Notes: generated from the sequence alone by a model not told the origin. DNA of 64,000 nucleotides from an uncultured cyanobacterium (GCA_963719515.1 CAVRCJ010000014.1:32001-96000); one strand, 5' to 3'; counted from the stretch's first letter, positions 20,215 to 29,215 are shown. A program made the numbers and translations.

Positions 20215-21531
20215 TCAATCAAAATTTAAGGGGGTCACGGCGGGTTCTATCCTTGCCGGATCTCCCAGAATTTCTCGCGATCGCTGCCGCCGGGAGGATG
20301 CCGCTAGCTCGGCAGTCCCCCAGGTCTGGGTCAGATCCTGCAGCAGGTAGTCCTGCTGTGCCCGAAGCTCAACCAGGTTGCTGCCGGAGTTGATAATCGA
20401 GAACCACACCAGATCGCGATCGCGAGTGGGCAGCGCACCGGCTAGGGCGCTGACGGTGGCTAGCGTCCCCGTTTTGACGGCGGTGTCTGCGGGAAGATCG
20501 CGTCCCAGCAAGGTGCCCACGTCTAGGCCCGCCACTGGGAAAACGTCGGTCACTCCCAGATCCTGAGACGCTAGACGCGCCTGAATCGCTCGCAGCATAG
20601 CGCTCGCCGCCCGCGCCGACAGCTGGTTCTCCATCCCCAGCCCCGATCCATTGGCCAGCTGAATCTCGTTTGGCGGCACCCCGGTTAGCGCTGAGGCCTT
20701 GCGGCTGAGGGCTGCCCCCCCCCCCAGCATCTCCCCCAGCAAGTCCGCCATGAAGTTGTTGCTGTAGAGGTTCATCAGCTTTAGCAGCTGACCTAGACTG
20801 AGAGAGAAGTGATTGAGTAAGAGCTGAGGGGCAAGGGCTTCTGCCTGCGACTCTCTTAAGAAGGCGACTCCCCCGTCGATAACTATGTAGGGACGCGGCG
20901 TCTCTGGGGACATGAGGGCATACTGCTGCTCTACTCCTCCGATCCACAGCTCTCCGTTAAAGGCATTCTGCAGCAGCGTTCCCGCCACAATGGGATCTAG
21001 CTCGTAGTTCATGAAAAATGCCCCGGTGACGATCAGCTGCCCGGTGACCCGCTCCACCCCAAGCGCCTGTAGCTGATTCGCGACCGCGATCGCCTCTTCC
21101 CACACGAACAGCGGGTTCCCCCCTCCCTTAACGATCAAATCTCCCTGCAGGACGCCGTCTTCTATGGGGCCTGTGGCGCTGAGGGTGGTGACGAACTGGT
21201 GGTCGCTGCCCCAAGTTGCTAGAGCGACTAGCGTCGTCGCAATCTTAGTTAGGGAGGCTGCGGGTAGGGGCGTCCTACCCTGGTGCTGGGCCAGCACGGT
21301 TTGTCCTGACTGAATCCAAACGCCTTGCCCTTCCGCCCCCCAGCCGTAGCGTTCTAGAGTGTCGAGGTAGACCTGTAGATCTTGCAAGGCCGCACTGTCT
21401 AGCGTCTCTTTGGGCTCCAGCAGCTCCTGTAGGGGGACTTGAGCGATCCAGGCGGATAGATTTGTCGATCGCAGCTGCATAGGGGGTTCGGGTGCTGCAG
21501 CGAGCAGCCATACCGCAATCAGCTCAAACAC
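20215..21531 (-). CDS. dacB: D-alanyl-D-alanine carboxypeptidase/endopeptidase (PBP4, peptidase S13)
   Basis: PAASLTK (SxxK), SNN (SxN), KTGT; GTG at 21531 with GAGGA upstream. Confidence 0.88.
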   Translation of the reverse strand: MFELIAVWLLAAAPEPPMQLRSTNLSAWIAQVPLQELLEPKETLDSAALQDLQVYLDTLERYGWGAEGQGVWIQSGQTVLAQHQGRTPLPAASLTKIATTLVALATWGSDHQFVTTLSATGPIEDGVLQGDLIVKGGGNPLFVWEEAIAVANQLQALGVERVTGQLIVTGAFFMNYELDPIVAGTLLQNAFNGELWIGGVEQQYALMSPETPRPYIVIDGGVAFLRESQAEALAPQLLLNHFSLSLGQLLKLMNLYSNNFMADLLGEMLGGGAALSRKASALTGVPPNEIQLANGSGLGMENQLSARAASAMLRAIQARLASQDLGVTDVFPVAGLDVGTLLGRDLPADTAVKTGTLATVSALAGALPTRDRDLVWFSIINSGSNLVELRAQQDYLLQDLTQTWGTAELAASSRRQRSREILGDPARIEPAVTPLNFD

Positions 21532-21631
21532 AGTACTGTCCTCAACTAAACCAAAACCATAGACAATAAAACCACGGGCAATAAAACGACAGGCAATGCA
21601 AACCGCTAGAACCGGGCGGCTAACTTCAGAC

Positions 21632-22279
21632 GTGGCTAACTCAGACTCAAACACGCTACTGCGATGGCTCCCTATTATAGCGGGCGGCCTGGCGGGCACT
21701 CTACTGTTGCTCAACCGTCTACTCACCCCAGCGCTTACCGATGCTCAGGCCCGTTCAGACGTGCTGGGGGTGGTTATCAGCGCGGTGCTCATTTTGACGG
21801 GGCTGCTGTGGCAGCGAGTGCAGCCCGTGCCGCCAGAGGCTGTAGCCTTACTAGGGCAGGAGGGCTTCGAGCTAATGGAGGATTTGCCGGAGGCCGTCAG
21901 AAAAGAGCTGGCCTGGGCCTCCCACCTGCTGCTCACCAATACGGTCACCCGGTCGGTGGTGGTGTGGTACGAGGGCCGCGTTCTGCTGCGGCGCGGGGTT
22001 TTGGGGCCCTCTGCTGAGGTGACGCCGGGGGCGATCGCCCAGCGGGTAATAGACACCCAGCGCCCGGTCTATCTGGTGAAGCTGTCGATCTATCCGGGCC
22101 GGCTGGAGTTTGACTATTTACCGGAGAACACTCAGGGGGTGATTTGCCAGCCCTTAGGCGATCGCGGACTGCTGGTGCTGGGGGCGAACGCGCCTCGTAG
22201 CTACACCGTGCAGGACGAGCGCTGGGTTACTGGTTTGGCGGAGAAGCTGACAGATACGCTGGGCTGCTTCATTTCTTGA
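21632..22279 (+). CDS. Cofactor assembly of complex C subunit B (CCB2/CCB4 family)
   Basis: Two N-terminal TMs (QARSDVLG), ELAWASHLLLTNT, YPGRLEFDYLP. Confidence 0.8.
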   Translation: MANSDSNTLLRWLPIIAGGLAGTLLLLNRLLTPALTDAQARSDVLGVVISAVLILTGLLWQRVQPVPPEAVALLGQEGFELMEDLPEAVRKELAWASHLLLTNTVTRSVVVWYEGRVLLRRGVLGPSAEVTPGAIAQRVIDTQRPVYLVKLSIYPGRLEFDYLPENTQGVICQPLGDRGLLVLGANAPRSYTVQDERWVTGLAEKLTDTLGCFIS

Positions 22280-22301
22280 CAAATCAACTAAACTTGATTT
22301 G
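22280..22301 (+). promoter_or_regulatory. ArsR-type operator overlapping a TTGACA -35 element upstream of acr3
   Basis: CAAATCAA-CTAAAC-TTGATTTG contains ATCAA-N6-TTGAT; TTGACA at 22276-22281. Confidence 0.7.
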
Positions 22302-22364
22302 AGTAAGCCTAATGCTTTTGGGCGGTAAAAGCGCAGCTAACGCATCCTCCCCCTCCACATACCA

Positions 22365-23513
22365 ATGACAGTTCAAAAGTCCCCCTCTAAAGCGGTCCAA
22401 GCGGGCAGCCGGTTGAGCGTCTTCGAGCGCTACCTCACCCTCTGGGTCATCCTGTGCATCCTGGCGGGTGTTGTGCTGGGGAACGTTTTCCCTGGTTTGG
22501 CAGACACCCTCAACGCCATGAGCCTCTATCAGGTGTCGGTGCCCATCGCCGTCTGCCTATTCTTCATGATGTACCCCATCATGGTGAAAATTGACTTCTC
22601 TCAGGCCAAGCAGGCGGTGCGATCGCCCAAGCCCGTAGCGCTGACGCTAGCCATCAACTGGCTGGTTAAGCCCTTCACCATGGTGGCCTTTGCTCAGTTC
22701 TTTTTGGGCTGGCTGTTTCGCCCTTTGCTAGAAGGCAGCGAGCTGATTCGCGGGGTAGAAATCTCCCTGGCCAACTCCTACATCGCCGGGGCTATTTTGC
22801 TGGGTATTGCGCCCTGCACCGCCATGGTGCTCATGTGGGGCTACCTGTCCTATAGCAATCAGGGCCACACCCTGGTGATGGTGGCGATCAATTCCCTGGC
22901 CATGCTGTTTCTCTATGCGCCTTTGGGGGGCTGGCTGCTGTCGGCCAACAACCTGCTGGTGCCCTGGCGAACCATCGTGCTGTCGGTGCTAATTTACGTG
23001 GGGCTACCCCTGATCGCCGGGGTAGTGTCGCGGACCTGGATTTTGAGACACAAGGGCAAAGCCTGGTTCGACCGCGTTTTTCTCAGGTATCTCGGTCCGA
23101 TTTCCACTGCGGCCCTGCTGATTACCCTGGTGCTTCTGTTTAGCTTCAAGGCCGAGCTAATCGTCAGCAACCCCTTTCACATTGTTCTGATTGCGGTGCC
23201 TCTATTTCTGCAGACCAACTTCATCTTCTTGATCACCTACGTGGCGGCCCAGAAGCTGAAGATGGTGTACGAAGACGCCGCTCCGGCAGCGCTGATCGGG
23301 GCCAGCAATCACTTCGAGGTGGCGATCGCGACGGCGGTGACCCTGTTTGGCCTCAATTCGGGTGCGGCTTTGGCGACGGTAGTTGGGGTATTGATTGAGG
23401 TGCCGGCGATGCTGCTGCTGGTGGAAGTCTGCAAGCGAACGGCTTTTTGGTTTCCCCGAGAGCCTGAGAAGGCTACGCTACCCGACCCGCGCTGCTTGAA
23501 GGTCGATATCTAG
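22365..23513 (+). CDS. acr3: ACR3 family arsenite efflux transporter
   Basis: [43 protein letters not shown]. Confidence 0.95.
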   Translation: MTVQKSPSKAVQAGSRLSVFERYLTLWVILCILAGVVLGNVFPGLADTLNAMSLYQVSVPIAVCLFFMMYPIMVKIDFSQAKQAVRSPKPVALTLAINWLVKPFTMVAFAQFFLGWLFRPLLEGSELIRGVEISLANSYIAGAILLGIAPCTAMVLMWGYLSYSNQGHTLVMVAINSLAMLFLYAPLGGWLLSANNLLVPWRTIVLSVLIYVGLPLIAGVVSRTWILRHKGKAWFDRVFLRYLGPISTAALLITLVLLFSFKAELIVSNPFHIVLIAVPLFLQTNFIFLITYVAAQKLKMVYEDAAPAALIGASNHFEVAIATAVTLFGLNSGAALATVVGVLIEVPAMLLLVEVCKRTAFWFPREPEKATLPDPRCLKVDI

Positions 23514-23598
23514 CGCCTGCGCCGTTGGGCCTCTAGAGGGGAGCCCGGTTGTCTAGGGGCAGTGGGAGGCATAGCGGCCTTCACTGCCCCAGCGCCTT

Positions 23599-24168
23599 TT
23601 AGGCCTCGTCAGTCTCGTCGTTAGCAGTGGCTTCGTCAGCTGGTTCGTCTACTGCAGATGTGGCTTCCGGCTCTTCGGCCTCAGGTTCTGTCGCCTCAGG
23701 CGCTGCTTCGGGCTCCGCTTCAACAACCGCTGATTCAGCGTCAGCCGCCAGAGCCGCCACGGCATCCTCAGAAGATGAGGCAGAACCTGGAGCCTGGGGT
23801 GGTGCCGCTTGGGTGGCGGCAGCCGTCGGGGATTCTGGAGTGGGGCTAGGGGAAGCGTTAGCGGCGCTGGCTAGGGACGGAATCTTTTTGTGAATCATCA
23901 GCTGCTGAATCACGCCCGCGTCGAGGTGGGTTCTTCCTCGCGTTTTAGACGCCTCAAGAATCAGCTCGCCTAGCTCTTTTCCGGTGGCATCGGCTTGCTC
24001 GCGGGTGTGATTGCTCTGCTGCGATACTTTCTTGAGCAGGTAGTCAAGTTCTCGGTTCCCGCGACGGGTCGACACCTGGAGACCGCCCTCGGAGAGGACT
24101 TGCTTTGCGCTTACTCGCATGGTTTTGACAGCTTGACGCTGTTCGAGACCGGACTGGGAATTTGCCAT
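23599..24168 (-). CDS. Hypothetical protein with Ala/Glu-rich disordered C-terminus
   Basis: 189 aa, ATG start. Confidence 0.7.
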   Translation of the reverse strand: MANSQSGLEQRQAVKTMRVSAKQVLSEGGLQVSTRRGNRELDYLLKKVSQQSNHTREQADATGKELGELILEASKTRGRTHLDAGVIQQLMIHKKIPSLASAANASPSPTPESPTAAATQAAPPQAPGSASSSEDAVAALAADAESAVVEAEPEAAPEATEPEAEEPEATSAVDEPADEATANDETDEA

Positions 24169-24289
24169 CTGAAGTTATGCTTCCTTGTTGCTGGGGCAGT
24201 TTTGGGCCGTCTATCACTCTACAGGAATATTACGTATTCGTGGCAACGGACTCAATCCGCCTGGGGGTGTCTCTTTTCTCGCGCCATAA

Positions 24290-24607
24290 GAGGGCGACGC
24301 TGGCCTAATATCTGCTTTGATGCCGATGGCGAGCCGCTGGACGATGTCTCGCATACCGCCTGACTGGACGATTGGAATTTTATCTCCTGAGCAGAGCGCT
24401 AACAGGGTGACGGGAAATATCTTGCACTGTTTAAACCACGGCTGCCAGTCGGGCTGGCTAGTGGACCCAGGCGATCGCTCGGTGCTAATGTTCCGCCCGC
24501 AGCGGCAGCCGGAGCCGTGCGCTGGGGAGGACAAGTTAATGGTGTTAGAGAATACAAATTTAGCGCTGACGACGAGTCAGATGTTTGGCTGGCTGCAGAT
24601 GAATTGA
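24290..24607 (+). pseudogene. Uma2-family (PD-(D/E)xK) endonuclease remnant, C-terminal part
   Basis: PPDWTIGILSPEQSANRV..ILHCLNHGCQSGWLVDP; no intact N-terminus; left boundary approximate. Confidence 0.7.
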
Positions 24608-24634
24608 TACTCCTTATTTGAATGGTGATGGCTC

Positions 24635-24975
24635 ATGGTTGCAGCATCTTCAAAGTGACTCAGCCTCGAAGCGTTTCTAGCGCTGCCCGATTGCAATAAC
24701 CATGACCAGACCTGACCTATGTCTCGTTTGAGCGCCTGCCTGTAGGTTGGCTGGAGGATGAGCCTTGCCCTGTTCCCCCGGATTTGGCAATCGAAATTAT
24801 TTTCCCTAATCAGTCGTTTGGCATGATGGCGGCGAAGGCGGCAGATTATATTGCGGCGGGAGTGGCGCAGGTTTGGGTTGTGGATTCTCAGGCGAGGACG
24901 ATTACGGTGTTTATCCCGAGCGCGGTTCCGGTAACGTATCGGGGTGAGGCGGTGTTCAGCGGGGCGGGCCTGTAG
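24635..24975 (+). pseudogene. Second Uma2-family endonuclease remnant
   Basis: MVAASSK*LSLEAFLALPD, then after an apparent deletion PDLTYVSFERLP...PPDLAIEII..AGVAQVWVVD. Confidence 0.72.
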
Positions 24976-25178
24976 GTGATGTGTTGGGGTAGGAAAATTT
25001 GCCTTCAGAAAACTAAATAAGCACTGTTCTAATTTTGTCGTAAGACCACTTTGTCTCACAGGATTTGGGCCTACTTTTGGACTAAATTGAAAAGCTGTCG
25101 CAGGGCTCATCTCCTGATTGTCTCTCGGAAGATCATGAGATTTGAGTAGTTGTGGTTTTGGGGCAGCTATGCTGTGTA

Positions 25179-25265
25179 ATCCAACGGTGAAGTTGTGCGG
25201 CTACCAATAACCTTTGAATCCCAAGCAAAATCTTTCGCTAGTCCGCCCTAGCCTGATTGTTAGGT
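25179..25265. mobile_element. attC-like integron cassette recombination site
   Basis: Ends ATCCAAC (RYYYAAC) and GTTAGGT (GTTRRRY), 87 bp; inner arms GCGGCTA / TAGTCCGC with one unpaired T. Confidence 0.55.
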
Positions 25266-25383
25266 TGTGTTTCTGTTAGAGCCATTGGGAATAAGAATAG
25301 ATCTTGAACAGGCTATATCAGTACTTCAAAATCCAGGATTTGCACATGACGATTTAGCCAACACTCCGGACAGTTTTTGATGG

Positions 25384-26321
25384 CTAACGGTGGAATGCGG
25401 GTTTCAGGCCTCTTCCACGGCAGCTTGGCAACGAGAAATCGAGGGTTTCAGCGCTTGTCAGAAAAGTGTCCGGACATTGTTTAGCATAAGTAAATTGAAA
25501 GTGTGGCATAGGTACAGTTGAGTTAATACAGCAGTCACTATATTTGTTCTTGGAATCACATAGACAGAGATCTTGCTCTTCATAACCACGTTTTTTAAAG
25601 TAGGTATAATCCCTTTCAATTTGTTGAACTTCATAATTCCACCTTTGAAAAGGATTATTTAAAACTGAAGCTAGGCCTCCTACGAGAGTGTAATCATATT
25701 GATCAACTCGTTCCCCAGTTTGAGGATCTGCCGAAAACAAGACGGCAAACTTGTTTGCAGGATTTTTACAATAGCTAGATGATCATATCTGATATTTATA
25801 ATCACTCTTGCACGCATCTCACCATCGTATATTTCGCCATCATTATGACCTCATGGCTTGCGTGGATTAATCTCTTTATCACAGACGCCGCAATATTCTT
25901 TACGGATCATTCCAGAGCTTATGAATAATTTATAAGGAAATAGTTCTTGCCACTTCGCCACATGCTCTTCAATAAAATCGAATTTTCCAAGAATCCAAAA
26001 ATCTTTCCAGTAATCTGGCAGATACTTTTTCGGAGACTTAATAGACCACAAGCCCTTCTCAGTATTTTCAAGCTCACACCAAGCATCATAAAATTCACGC
26101 TTCTTGAGTAATGAAAATGCAAGAAAATAGCTGCTGTGAACAGCGACTGCCTCTTGTAAGCACCAAATATGAGCGGCTAATTCTTTCTGATGAAGTTTTA
26201 AAGCTTTTTCTTTCAGGGTTGCAAGTAATCCTATTGTTTGGCTTTCATCATATCTACACTCAGCAACCCTGGCAATGAAATTAACAATTTCCTCAAGTGA
26301 AAGATTACTACTACTCACCAA
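25384..26321 (-). pseudogene. Disrupted AT-rich gene with a Cys/His-rich segment and C-terminal SEC-C-like motif
   Basis: ORFs 25851-26321 and 25384-25740 join if TGA at 25851-25853 is read through and one A is added to the run at 25763-25767; SEC-C-like DLCLCDSKNKYSDCC. Confidence 0.7.
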
Positions 26322-26363
26322 AGCTCTCCAGGAGTCAGTTGAATATGCAAATGAAGATTTTAC

Positions 26364-27083
26364 TCAATCAAGAAGATCTGCATCTGAAATAGCTTGGCTC
26401 TTCTCAAGCCCTTCCATTCGAGGAACATTAGAAAACTCTGCCTGAGCTAAAATCTTATTCATCACTCTAGGCAGACTTTTCTCAATTTCGGTTGAAGAGC
26501 CGGAACATTGAATTTCACGAATGTATCCATTTTCATTATCAATAATGAGAGTAACACGGAACTCAGGATCCTTACTCAATCTTTCTCTATTTGCCCGGAT
26601 ATAGTCAAGAATTAAATCTTTAGCAATTGGCGCAATAATAGACGATATAACTATCGTCCCAATTACAGTAAGCGTAATTGGTTCAGAATACAAAGCTGAT
26701 GTTCGATATTCACCATCATTGACGCAGATATTTGCTTTTATTCTTTTTATTTTAGAGCTATTTAAATACTTAAAAAAGCTTTCTGCGCCAGAGGCGAATA
26801 CCTTTTCATGAAAAGAGCCTTCATTACCGTATTGATCACTTCCTAAAGGAACAAATAAGATATTTGCATCTACTATCTCTTGCCTAACATGAATAGACAA
26901 CTCTTCATTGTGCTTCCAGTAGCCCAATCCATGAGCTACATCTTCTTTCACTTTAATAGAAATGTTATCGCTATTGATACCTGCAAAGTTTTTACGCCCA
27001 GCACCAACCCGCCTGACTTGTAAACTTCGTAGGTCATATTCTGGACGTAAATCATCTTCCATCTCGGAGTTAACCTTCTTCAT
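26364..27083 (-). CDS. Chimera: about 35 aa BrnA-like antitoxin N-terminus fused to an AT-rich single-TM hypothetical protein
   Basis: MKKVNSEMEDDLRPEYDL overlaps the brnT stop; the sequence after ~26979 is unrelated and includes the hydrophobic segment ITLTVIGTIVISSIIAPIA. Confidence 0.7.
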   Translation of the reverse strand: MKKVNSEMEDDLRPEYDLRSLQVRRVGAGRKNFAGINSDNISIKVKEDVAHGLGYWKHNEELSIHVRQEIVDANILFVPLGSDQYGNEGSFHEKVFASGAESFFKYLNSSKIKRIKANICVNDGEYRTSALYSEPITLTVIGTIVISSIIAPIAKDLILDYIRANRERLSKDPEFRVTLIIDNENGYIREIQCSGSSTEIEKSLPRVMNKILAQAEFSNVPRMEGLEKSQAISDADLLD

Positions 27084-27342
27084 ATAATTTCCGCTCCTGA
27101 CGAGTTACCTCTCTTGCACTAATCAGACGAATTGAACTTACTCTCTCTGTGTATGAAGAAATTAATATACGCCCTTGATTCGATTGACCAACAATTAGAT
27201 AACGGTCTTCATCTATAGAATGGTCTGGATCATAGAAGTCGATGTAAAAAGGATCACCGAAAACAGTCTTAGCCTCGTTGAAAGAAACTTGATGTTTCAG
27301 TATGTTCTTTTTGGCTTTATCCTCATCCCACTCAAACTGCAT
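27070..27342 (-). CDS. brnT: BrnT family toxin (DUF497)
   Basis: MQFEWDEDKAKKNILKHQVSFNEAKTVFGDP...EDRYLIVG...IRLISARE. Confidence 0.92.
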   Translation of the reverse strand: MQFEWDEDKAKKNILKHQVSFNEAKTVFGDPFYIDFYDPDHSIDEDRYLIVGQSNQGRILISSYTERVSSIRLISAREVTRQERKLYEEG

Positions 27343-27456
27343 ACAGCTATTTTAACATTGGCTACCTGAGTGGATCATAGCTGAGAGATGTATCTTTTAC
27401 TACTCATTGTCGTACGGCAACCTTAGCCTTCACCAGCAGTGTGAGCAACCTAATCA

Positions 27457-27675
27457 GATATCCAACGTCATCTGACGGACAACACCCCACTTTCCGGATC
27501 TTATCAGTCATATCTGACTAATAACACTTTATTTCTCGGACTTATCCACCACGTCTGACGTCTAACTCTGGAAATCCAGGGGGTTATCCGTCACTTTTGC
27601 TTGATAATCCTGGCCTCTAGAAGACTATCTGTCACTTCTGACGGATAGCACAGCTATGTGGGGTGTTATCCGTCA
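27457..27675. repeat. Non-coding array of ~26-bp palindromic repeats (GTTATCCGTCA-N4-TGACGGATAAC) with unique 15-16-bp spacers
   Basis: Units at 27457-27483, 27500-27525, 27541-27566, 27583-27608 and 27624-27649, plus a half unit at 27665-27675; period about 41-42 bp. Confidence 0.85.
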
Positions 27676-27748
27676 ATTGCTGGGGGACGTTGAGCATAAA
27701 GAGCGGTGCAGCATAGTTGCCGGGCGCTGCAATTCATCTAGTACTGTT

Positions 27749-27994
27749 TTACCGACTTCCCCGAGGCCGCTGCAACACAGCAATCACCTCATCCGGCTTC
27801 CCCGTCGGCACCAGCCGTGACCAGCTCCCCACCTCCGCAATCCGGGCGCTGTACAGCTGAGCAATCATATTCTTCACCCAAGCTGTCGCTCCAATTAGCA
27901 TAATCTGATCCATCGGAGGCTCTAGCGCACTCGTAGGATTGAGAGTGTTAACAGCAGGTTCTTTCGCGGCATCAGACGGCAGATGTCTCGACAT
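27749..27994 (-). CDS. Small hypothetical protein divergent from an XRE regulator
   Basis: 81 aa, AGGA-poor upstream region but an ATG start; motif LIG..WV...I..L....IAEVGSWSRLVPTGKPDEVIAVL; its 3' end is duplicated at 29158-29202. Confidence 0.75.
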   Translation of the reverse strand: MSRHLPSDAAKEPAVNTLNPTSALEPPMDQIMLIGATAWVKNMIAQLYSARIAEVGSWSRLVPTGKPDEVIAVLQRPRGSR

Positions 27995-28023
27995 AGGAAG
28001 TATCCAAGATAGAAAGAAAAGTG

Positions 28024-28078
28024 ATGTTGACAGTTGGCAACACTCTCATTGTAGCTTGATGTCGCCAATCGTCAACAT
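28024..28078. promoter_or_regulatory. Two palindromic operators in the divergent promoter
   Basis: ATGTTGACAGTTGGCAACA (28024-28042) and TGTCGCCAATCGTCAACAT (28060-28078), each carrying a TTGAC -35-like element on opposite strands. Confidence 0.7.
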
Positions 28079-28113
28079 TTACTTAATTTTGGCCCTCTGA
28101 CACGATTAGAGGC

Positions 28114-28362
28114 ATGGGAAGAGCCGGAAAAGCGCTACGACAGGTGTTAGAGACTTACAGCATCAGCCAAAACCAGCTGGCTGTCACTATGGACGTTGGG
28201 CGATCGAGCATCAACCGCTGGGTTAACGAAAGCCGCGACCCTGCCGCCGAAGCCGTCGCCGATATCGTTCACGCGCTAGAGAAAATCGATCGCTCAGCCG
28301 CCGAAGATTTTCTTACTCTCTACCTCGACCGTAATACAGACGGAGAATCTCTAGATGGCTAG
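28114..28362 (+). CDS. XRE-family HTH regulator (copy 1)
   Basis: ALRQVLETYSISQNQLAVTMDVGRSSINRWVNESRDP. Confidence 0.9.
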   Translation: MGRAGKALRQVLETYSISQNQLAVTMDVGRSSINRWVNESRDPAAEAVADIVHALEKIDRSAAEDFLTLYLDRNTDGESLDG

Positions 28363-28491
28363 GATTTTCGTTAGAACTACAGCGATCGCCATAATTCTGA
28401 TGCATAAACACACCTGCGCAAAACGCTTGCGGGGTATTTGGGCATCGGCTGATTTATAGTCGCAAACGGATCGCGCCACAAAAGCGAATTC

Positions 28492-28740
28492 TCAAGCAAG
28501 AGCTGTTTCAATATCATCACTCGAAGCCACAGGCTGCGCCCTGAGCAGCTTATGGTGCCCAGGGCGCAGCCCCAATGATTCGTAAGTTCGCCCGCTCCTA
28601 TCGCTAAACTCGATCTCAAACGCCGAGCCCCCTGCCAAAGCTTCAACGACTGTACCCACCTGCCCCCGCCGCAGATTGTACTGTGGGAGTTCAGTCACTA
28701 GGGCAACAACATCAAGCAGTTTAATCGCGTCTTGTGACAT
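28492..28740 (-). CDS. DUF4926-like protein (putative antitoxin/immunity)
   Basis: IKLLDVVALVTELPQYNLRRGQVGTVVE..AFEIEFSD..GRTY. Confidence 0.8.
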   Translation of the reverse strand: MSQDAIKLLDVVALVTELPQYNLRRGQVGTVVEALAGGSAFEIEFSDRSGRTYESLGLRPGHHKLLRAQPVASSDDIETALA

Positions 28741-28758
28741 TCTTCCTCTCCTCAAAAG

Positions 28759-29103
28759 TTATAGGGGATAGCAAGTTGTTAGTCTCGGAACAGTAGACCC
28801 ATGCTCAATGATCCAACCGCTGCGGACGGGCACACTTCTATTCTGCCATTGGAGTACAAAGTCTACAGTGCATCGCTGGCCAAAAGAATCACAGCGCCCA
28901 GCTTGAGCCTCATGCGTCCTGATCATTTGGAAGAGAATTCGGCGCAGCTCCTCAGCATCGGCAGCCGTCAGGCCCAACATTGAGGCAAACAACCTCGCTT
29001 TGTGCTTGTCCTCACGATGCTCCAGATTTAGACGATAGTCGCGGAGCTTGCGAATATCGATCGCTGCATTCTCAACGTAAGGCAGTAGCGTTGTCGAGTC
29101 CAC
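28759..29103 (-). CDS. DUF6883-like protein (putative toxin)
   Basis: AAIDIRKLRDYRLNLEH...KHKARLF..LG...GWII....PRLTTCY. Confidence 0.8.
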   Translation of the reverse strand: MDSTTLLPYVENAAIDIRKLRDYRLNLEHREDKHKARLFASMLGLTAADAEELRRILFQMIRTHEAQAGRCDSFGQRCTVDFVLQWQNRSVPVRSGWIIEHGSTVPRLTTCYPL

Positions 29104-29157
29104 GGGCTAAAGCACATTCGGCATATCCGCCAAAGAATGCCCAGTTTCGCGATCGCC

Positions 29158-29202
29158 CTACCGACTTCCCCAAGGCCGCTGCAGCACAGCAATTACCTCA
29201 CC
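29158..29202 (-). pseudogene. 3' remnant of a second copy of the small gene at 27749-27994
   Basis: 38/41 nt identical to 27751-27791; encodes GEVIAVLQRPWGSR*. Confidence 0.8.
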
Positions 29203-29215
29203 TATATTGAACGGC

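Noticed and set aside
24577..25110. 177-aa minus-strand ORF
   Set aside because: Antisense shadow of the Uma2 remnant.
27457..27675. Calling the array a CRISPR
   Set aside because: Spacers are only 15-16 bp, the repeats are degenerate and no cas genes are in the window; kept as an unexplained array.
27457..27700. Array as a 14-aa repeat protein gene
   Set aside because: Several periods are 41 bp, and the minus-strand ATG frame stops within the second unit it meets.
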